This document shows, one piece after another, positions 58,344-64,000 of a stretch of 64,000 nt of DNA (its first letter is position 1; every line of letters starts with the position of its first letter). The stretch comes from Chlorobiota bacterium (GTDB lineage Bacteria; Bacteroidota; Ignavibacteria; Kapaibacteriales; UBA2268): positions 737,995-801,994 of the forward strand of contig JAXMOE010000001.1 in assembly GCA_034670025.1 (NCBI GenBank), in the 5' to 3' direction. The notes below the pieces were generated by a model, which saw nothing but the letters and a program-made list of their open reading frames with translations, made no database searches and had not been told where the DNA came from. Both the position numbers and the translations under genes were made by a program.

Positions 58344-58519
58344 TTTAATGGGATTTTTTATATTCTAAATCATACTAAAATAGGTATTTTCATTTAATTC
58401 TACTAATACTGGGCAATATTACTCCCTTGATTTCGGAATAGAAATAGTAATTTCCTTTTTTGTAGTGCTGAGTATTAAGCTTATATTGCCAATAAATTGA
58501 ATTAAAATTATAGAATATT

Positions 58520-59143
58520 ATGTTAAAATTAACTCTAATTTCCATCTTTATCCCATTTTTAATTATTTCAACTAATGCAGATGATTACAACCCTTATGCG
58601 GACAATATCAGTCATTTTGAAGTAGGTATAAATGCAGGCTATAGTATTATCACTCACGAAAAGTCAATATTCTGGGCAAATTCTTTGAATTATGGATTAA
58701 CTATTGGTTATAATATTGATGATAAGAACACTATAGAACTAAATGCAAGTCACACAGAAATAAGACCACATGAGGATAGCAGAGAAATAAACAGACACTA
58801 TAGATATAGAATATACCCCTTATCTCTAAATTATTACAGAAAAATTGGGAATATGGACGAAGTTAGCTTTTTCCTCGGTGGTGGTCTTTCATATATTTAT
58901 GGCGAATATATAGTTGACGATTTGCTATTTGAGACTAATGGCAGAAGAACATCGCTGAGAAGAGTATATGCCTCAAATGGATTTGGTATTGCACCAGCAC
59001 TGAAAGTACGCTCCCCATTCGGAGATGCCTTGGCAATAGATGTTCTTGTGAATTATAATCTTATATTTATGGAGTCACGCAATAGTGCGGTGCTATCATT
59101 AGACCACGTTAATGCTAAACTGGGCTTGACTTATATGTTTTGA
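58520..59143 (+). CDS. Outer-membrane beta-barrel protein (OmpA-like/porin-family barrel)
   Basis: Signal peptide MLKLTLISIFIPFLIISTNA, alternating amphipathic strands, and a terminal LGLTYMF with C-terminal Phe. Confidence 0.6.
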   Translation: MLKLTLISIFIPFLIISTNADDYNPYADNISHFEVGINAGYSIITHEKSIFWANSLNYGLTIGYNIDDKNTIELNASHTEIRPHEDSREINRHYRYRIYPLSLNYYRKIGNMDEVSFFLGGGLSYIYGEYIVDDLLFETNGRRTSLRRVYASNGFGIAPALKVRSPFGDALAIDVLVNYNLIFMESRNSAVLSLDHVNAKLGLTYMF

Positions 59144-59156
59144 AATTGCTAAATCA

Positions 59157-59852
59157 TTATTCTGAATTTAGTTTAAAAATATCATCGATTGTTTCCAATA
59201 TTTCGTTAACTATTTTTTCTACAGTTTTGTTACCTTTTGATAGATAAAGCATTTTAACTTTTGTGTCAGAAAATTCAACATCTGGCACTATTTGAGGAAT
59301 AGTTTCACTATTTTCCTGTATTATTATTTTAATTGTTTTTAAATTCTTGTGAATTCGTTGTAGGTTTTCTTGATCTTTTAATCTAATAGCTAAGACTGTA
59401 GCATCTAATAAATTGTTCATTGCTCTATGATAATGTCCTTCCAAAAAATAAGTATGACTCGCTCCCAGATGCAATGAAATTTCAGTCTCATTTTTAAGAC
59501 TATTTAAAGACTCATTAAGTTTCTTATCGAATTCAATTCTGTAATTGACAATCTGCTTTTCTAATTCATATTCTATTTTCTTTTAAATGGTTTCATTTAT
59601 TCTTCTATCAAACTTCTCAATTTCATTTTCAATTTTTTCTTCTGACTTTTCAATATTCTTATTAATCATTCTTGGAATTATAAAACCAAATATAGCTATT
59701 CCAAGTCCTAATAGAACTAAAAATAGTTCAAGATGATCATAGTAATGTCCGTGCACCTTTTCATAAATATCCAATACTTCCTTTCGAGTTAGATAGTCGC
59801 TCGACTTCTCAACAAAAACTGTATCCATTTTATATAATGTATCCACTATCAT
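59157..59852 (-). pseudogene. Paralog of the 60550..61218 gene interrupted by one in-frame TAA (track ORFs 59583..59852 and 59157..59474 plus the 36 sense codons between them)
   Basis: The stop of the 89-aa ORF (plus 59583-59585) is in the same frame as the 105-aa ORF. The 108 nt between them translate without a stop (KKIEYELEKQIVNYRIEFDKKLNESLNSLKNETEIS). The joined 230-aa product is collinear with the 222-aa neighbour. Confidence 0.6.
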
Positions 59853-59962
59853 AATCTTGTTTATTTCTTTTTAATGTTGTTTCTGCCTTATGGAATGATT
59901 ACTCTACCTTGTTAATCCATTTCGAACCTTTAAGTTTGCATTCCTTTTACTATCTTAAATAA

Positions 59963-60451
59963 TTAAAATAAAGCATTTGGATATCTTTCGTAATCTATAG
60001 ACGCATATTTATCTAGTATCTTCTTTAACTTTTTATTAATCTTTTTAGTTTTTTCTATTTTTACATAAGGTTCTTGTACCCACTGCTTATGTACAATAAC
60101 CCAATCACGTAGATTAAATGTTTTTTCTATTTTTTTTTGTCTGTAGTTATAATATTGACAATAGTTTTCAATAAAATTAAAAACTAATTTACAGTAATTA
60201 TCATATCGTACATATTTATCTTCAGCTGATGTTTTTTGTGTACTCCAACTATCAGCAAATATTCCATTTTCTAAATAAGGATATTGTATTGCTATTTGAA
60301 TAATCTCATTATATCTATTATCTAAAGAAGCTTTATCTGCCCTTCTATTATTTCTTTTAGATATAATATAAGCAACTGTTGCTGCTATTAATGTTGATAT
60401 AGCTGGTGTAGTAATCTGTGTATTAAGCAATATACTCTCTTCTACTTGCAT
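59963..60451 (-). CDS. Hypothetical single-pass membrane protein (162 aa)
   Basis: N-terminal TM PAISTLIAATVAYII followed by basic SKRNNRR, then a Tyr/Trp-rich soluble domain and a K-rich tail. No family recognised. Confidence 0.45.
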   Translation of the reverse strand: MQVEESILLNTQITTPAISTLIAATVAYIISKRNNRRADKASLDNRYNEIIQIAIQYPYLENGIFADSWSTQKTSAEDKYVRYDNYCKLVFNFIENYCQYYNYRQKKIEKTFNLRDWVIVHKQWVQEPYVKIEKTKKINKKLKKILDKYASIDYERYPNALF

Positions 60452-60549
60452 AATCCCTCCACAGCCGAAAATGATTCACTTGATTGCAAAATGGTTTCGG
60501 TAATAAGTTTTAATAGGTATTTAATATTTTGCATATTCTTCCATTTTCT

Positions 60550-61218
60550 TTATTTGTTATCAAGTATATCATTAGCTAATTGAAATAACTTATTTATAAA
60601 TACTTTCAAATTATCATCACCATTTGTTAAGTCATTAATCAACTTTTTATACTCGCTTAGAGTTAATCTATCATCAATTTTTATAAGGTGTTTTTCAACA
60701 ACAAAATTATCCTTTTTCATTTTAATCAAATTTCCAATCACATAATCTAACTTTGTTAAATCATTTAATTTTATTGCATATATACTACTTCCAAGAAAAT
60801 TATTATAAACTGTATATGGTTGATTTAAAGAAATCATTGTTAATGCTTGAATATAATTAGCATAGAATTTATTTAGATTTTCAGTCCGTTCTAGTTCTAT
60901 TTTGATTTCACCCCTTAACTTTTTTACCTCTTTTGATAATCTTTTATCATATTCATCTAATATTTCTTCATTTAGATCCTTTTTTAGTCTATCTAATTCT
61001 TTTTGATTGCTTCTATTTTGAATAATTAAAAGTAAAATTGGAAGAAATACACCAATTATTCCAGCAATAATCGACACTATTATTACTAAATTGCTAAAAT
61101 TATCTTCGTACATAGAATGCATAGTACCAACTTGCTGAAGCATATCACTTTGCGATACAGAATCAATTTTTTTTTGAAGATAAACTGTATCAATTGAATA
61201 GACTGTGTCTTTCATCAT
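60550..61218 (-). CDS. Hypothetical single-pass membrane coiled-coil protein (222 aa)
   Basis: N-terminal MMKDTVYSIDTVYLQK, TM NLVIIVSIIAGIIGVFLPILLLII, a K/E/L heptad region and a helical C-terminal domain. No family recognised. Confidence 0.5.
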   Translation of the reverse strand: MMKDTVYSIDTVYLQKKIDSVSQSDMLQQVGTMHSMYEDNFSNLVIIVSIIAGIIGVFLPILLLIIQNRSNQKELDRLKKDLNEEILDEYDKRLSKEVKKLRGEIKIELERTENLNKFYANYIQALTMISLNQPYTVYNNFLGSSIYAIKLNDLTKLDYVIGNLIKMKKDNFVVEKHLIKIDDRLTLSEYKKLINDLTNGDDNLKVFINKLFQLANDILDNK

Positions 61219-61300
61219 TTTTCTAATATTTAATTAACAATTCAATTTTTACAATATAGAATAAAATTTGAAATTAGTAGAAGTTGTTTAAATATTTTTT

Positions 61301-61337
61301 CAACAAAAAACCCATTCAGAAAAAACTAAATGGGTTT
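61301..61337 (-). terminator. Rho-independent terminator of hbd
   Basis: On the minus strand, aaacccatt / aatgggttt forms a 9-bp stem with a 12-nt loop, followed by ttttgttg. Confidence 0.7.
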
Positions 61338-61352
61338 GGTACTATTTACAAT

Positions 61353-61427
61353 GTTCACTTCGGCTACGCTCAGTGAGCTTGGTAAAGACTATATTTTGCT
61401 AAGGGCATTTCGACAGGCTCAATGTCC
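61353..61427. repeat. Two tandem GC-rich hairpin units (~25 nt each, 50-nt period) between the hbd stop and its terminator
   Basis: Unit 1 is gttcact-tcggctacgctc-agtgagc (61353-61378). Unit 2 is gggcatt-tcgacaggctc-aatgtcc (61403-61427). Both have 7-bp stems and related loops TCGrC.A.GCTC. They are conspicuously GC-rich against the AT-rich background. Confidence 0.5.
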
Positions 61428-61438
61428 GTATTATTTAT

Positions 61439-62326
61439 CTAAAATACATTAAAGTTATTTGGTTCTGGTGTTCCAGAAGAATAGTTATAGAAACCGTTCC
61501 CAGTCTTTCTACCATAGTTACCCGAAGCAACAATTTTCTTTAATAGTGGGCATGGTCTGTACTTAGGGTCAGCCAAGTCATTGTGTAACACTTCCAGTAT
61601 TGCAAGGCAAGTGTCCAATCCGATAAAGTCAGCCAAAAGCAACGGCCCCATAGGGTGTGCAAAACCAAGCTTTGCTACTGTATCAATACCGTCAACTGTA
61701 CCTACCCCTTCCATTAGTGCAAAACAAGCTTCGTTAATAAATGGCAATAATATTCTGTTAGCTATAAATCCAGGGTAGTCATTTGCCAAAACTGGTATCT
61801 TGTTAATATCTTCAGTTAGTGCGTGAATGGCATTGTAAACTTCATCGCTCGTAGCAAGACCACGAATAAGCTCAACTAATTTCATTATTGGTACAGGGTT
61901 CATAAAGTGCATACCTACAACTTTGTCAGGTCTATTCGTTGCTGCTGCTATTTCAGTAATAGAAATTGTTGATGTGTTAGAAGCTAATATAGCATCAGAA
62001 TTTATGATATTATCCAAGTTTTCAAAAATTTTGAATTTCAAATCTTTATTTTCAGTAACTGCCTCTATTACTAATTGAACATCTTTTCCATCTTCTTGTT
62101 TAGTCGTTCCACTAATTCTAGAAAGAGTTTCGTTCTTATCATCTTCTGTAATTTTTTCTTTCGATACCATTCTTGATAAATTCTTGTTGATTGTTGCCAA
62201 TCCTTTATCCAATCCATCTTGATTAATATCACATAAAATTACATTATATCCTTTTTGTGCTAATACGTGAGCGATACCATTGCCCATTTGTCCAGCACCT
62301 AATACCATTATATCTTTTATATCCAT
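61439..62326 (-). CDS. hbd: 3-hydroxybutyryl-CoA dehydrogenase
   Basis: Rossmann [47 protein letters not shown] and [13 protein letters not shown]. Confidence 0.93.
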   Translation of the reverse strand: MDIKDIMVLGAGQMGNGIAHVLAQKGYNVILCDINQDGLDKGLATINKNLSRMVSKEKITEDDKNETLSRISGTTKQEDGKDVQLVIEAVTENKDLKFKIFENLDNIINSDAILASNTSTISITEIAAATNRPDKVVGMHFMNPVPIMKLVELIRGLATSDEVYNAIHALTEDINKIPVLANDYPGFIANRILLPFINEACFALMEGVGTVDGIDTVAKLGFAHPMGPLLLADFIGLDTCLAILEVLHNDLADPKYRPCPLLKKIVASGNYGRKTGNGFYNYSSGTPEPNNFNVF

Positions 62327-62356
62327 CTATTTACCTATTTATTTTAATACTATAAA

Positions 62357-62827
62357 TTATTTCTTTTCTAATTGACATATACTATATACAACTATCGAAT
62401 CACCACGCCCCATAGAGTCTTGTTTTTCGTTTGTCGTTGCTTTTATATTTACTCTTTTTTCATCTAAACCTAATAGACTTGCTACCGATTTTCTTATTGC
62501 TTCTTTAATTGGAGATAGTTTTGGCTTTTCTAATACAATAGTGTTGTCTGTATTAACTAATGAAAATCCATTTTTTTTCATTAACTTTAATGTATAGTAT
62601 AGAATTTCTTTACTATCTATATTCTTATTCTTTGGGTCAGTATCTGGAAAATGCTCGCCTATGTCTCCCTCACCCATTGCCCCAAGTATTGCATCCACAA
62701 TAGAATGAAGTAATACATCGCCGTCGCTGTGAGCAAGAGTACCAATAGGTGAGTCAATCTCTACCCCACCTAATATTAGCGATTCGCCTTCAACCAATTT
62801 GTGTAAATCATACCCAAATCCAATCAT
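62357..62827 (-). CDS. ispF: 2-C-methyl-D-erythritol 2,4-cyclodiphosphate synthase
   Basis: MIGFGYDLHKL, LAHSDGDVLLHSIVDAILGA and GDIGEHFPDTDP. Confidence 0.95.
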   Translation of the reverse strand: MIGFGYDLHKLVEGESLILGGVEIDSPIGTLAHSDGDVLLHSIVDAILGAMGEGDIGEHFPDTDPKNKNIDSKEILYYTLKLMKKNGFSLVNTDNTIVLEKPKLSPIKEAIRKSVASLLGLDEKRVNIKATTNEKQDSMGRGDSIVVYSICQLEKK

Positions 62828-62867
62828 TTTGTTATTTTAGTTTAATTATAAAATACAATTTAAAAAA

Positions 62868-64000
62868 TATGTTCGATTTAGATGCAAATGTAGAAACAGT
62901 ATCGCAGCTAACACAAAAAATTAAAAGCAAGTTAGAAGATGATTTTTCTAGAATTAAAGTTACTGGTGAAATTTCAAACTTCACTGCTGCTTCATCTGGA
63001 CACAAATACTTTACTCTTAAAGATGACAAAGCACAGATTTCTTGTGTTATGTGGAGATCAACGCGTGCTTCGTTCCCTATGGAAAATGGGATGAAAATTG
63101 AGATTAATGGCTCAATTTCAGTTTATCCGCCAAGAGGAAGTTACCAACTTGTAGTTTCAAGTGTTAGAAAAAAAGGTCTTGGTGATTTGCACTTAGCTTA
63201 TGAGAAATTGAAGCAGGAGCTACTGGAGTTAGGTTACTTTGATTCAAACACTAAAAAGCAATGGAATATAATTCCGCAAAGAATAGGTGTTTCTACTTCT
63301 GCCACTGGTGCAGCTGTACAAGATATCCTTTCTACTTTGGAACGAAGAGCACCCTTTGCAGAAATTTACTTCTACCCCGTTATGGTACAAGGATCTGGTT
63401 CAGAAAAGCAGATTGCTAATGCTATCAATGAATTAGATAAATTAGACTTAGACGTTATGATAATTGGTAGAGGTGGCGGGTCTATTGAGGATTTGTGGTC
63501 TTACAACACTAAGGTTGTGGCAGATGCTATACACAATGCCAAAACACCAATAGTAGCAGGGGTAGGGCACGAAACTGACACGACAATTGCTGACTTGGTA
63601 GCTGACCACAGAGCGCCAACCCCAACTGGAGCAGCTGAGATAGTATCTGTCAATACTATAGATGTAATTAGACAGACTTTAGATGAGAATAGTAATCAGT
63701 TACAGAATATTATTATCGATTCTTTGAATGAAAAAGAAAATCAGTTAATAGTAATTGCTGACAAGTTAATTAGAACTGGTGTAAATAACACGCTAAATAA
63801 TTATTCAATTAAGTTGACTAATATTGAATCAAGTTTGCAAAAAGAAATAGAAAACAAACTACTCAATATAACTTCAAAATTTGAAAATTATGAAAAACTG
63901 TTTACAAAAATAGACCCAAAACTTCCACTGGAGAAAGGATATTCAGTAATCGAAAAAGATGGCAAAAGAATAAAAAGTGACGAGAAACTTTTACCTGGCA
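62868..64000 (+). CDS. xseA: Exodeoxyribonuclease VII large subunit (3' partial, runs off the window); absent from the supplied ORF track
   Basis: Hand translation from the ATG at 62868 gives MFDLDANVETVSQLTQKIKSKLEDDFSRIKVTGEISNFTAASSGHKYFTLKDDKAQISCVMWRS...IGVSTSATGAAVQDILSTLERR...IIGRGGGSIEDLWSYN...AGVGHETDTTIADLVADHRAPTPTGAAE. This shows the OB-fold N-terminus and the catalytic core of XseA, with no stop to nt 64000. Confidence 0.9.

Noticed and set aside
58344-58519. Cobalamin riboswitch upstream of the B12-dependent icmF
   Set aside because: The region is short and AT-rich and lacks a B12-box-like GC-rich core. B12 riboswitches normally control transport or biosynthesis genes rather than B12-dependent enzymes.
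14325-59585. Whether the two in-frame TAA codons (14325 and 59583) indicate stop-codon reassignment or programmed read-through
   Set aside because: TAA terminates many conserved genes in this window exactly at their expected C-termini (sucC, atpE, atpA, carB and others). A genome-wide reassignment is therefore excluded. Both cases affect redundant paralogs, so simple nonsense decay or sequencing error is more parsimonious.
60452-60549. Possible hairpin ccgaaa...tttcgg between the 222-aa and 162-aa genes
   Set aside because: The stem is only 6 bp with a ~24-nt loop and no U-run. The apparent internal symmetry is a direct repeat (AAAATG), not an inverted one.
1-64000. CRISPR arrays, transposases/IS elements, integrases, prophage structural genes, rRNA
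   Set aside because: I saw no regularly spaced short repeats, no DDE/serine/tyrosine recombinase motifs, no phage capsid/terminase-like ORFs and no rRNA-like conserved stretches on either strand.

Overview
This is an AT-rich chromosomal window (roughly one-third G+C by eye), most likely from the FCB superphylum (Bacteroidota/Ignavibacteriota-like). Three things point there: five proteins end in T9SS-type C-terminal sorting domains, four upstream regions carry an exact TTG-N19-TAnnTTTG promoter-like motif, and the gene content fits.

Most of the window is housekeeping:
- sucC, tRNA-Asn, recO, carA-carB, ddl and a PfkB kinase
- an F-type ATPase operon, atpZ-(I)-B-E-F-H-A-[hldD]-G, with a heptose epimerase gene inserted between atpA and atpG
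- ahcY, recA-recX, purD, ispF and xseA (3' partial)
- a scattered acyl-CoA module: two acyl-CoA dehydrogenases, hbd, fused IcmF mutase and a membrane Fe-S/CCG oxidoreductase

Interspersed accessory content:
- Two giant (>1500 aa) paralogous vWA + propeller + tandem Ig-like T9SS cargo proteins sit on opposite strands.
- A tandem pair of Reg_prop-like propeller cargo genes has sorting-domain DNA that is about 93% identical. One copy carries a TAA in its signal peptide.
- A putAbiC-like membrane protein is tightly linked to an HDOD protein.
- A rhodanese / YgaP-like small TM ORF / rhodanese-thioredoxin cluster is present.
- A three-gene islet at 59157-61218 encodes unclassifiable single-pass TM coiled-coil proteins. 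One paralog is split by an in-frame TAA, and a twin GC-rich hairpin element lies next to it.

I found no CRISPR array, transposase, integrase or prophage genes. The best candidates for something undescribed are the 59.1-61.4 kb islet and the putAbiC-HDOD pair. Both are hypotheses from sequence inspection only.
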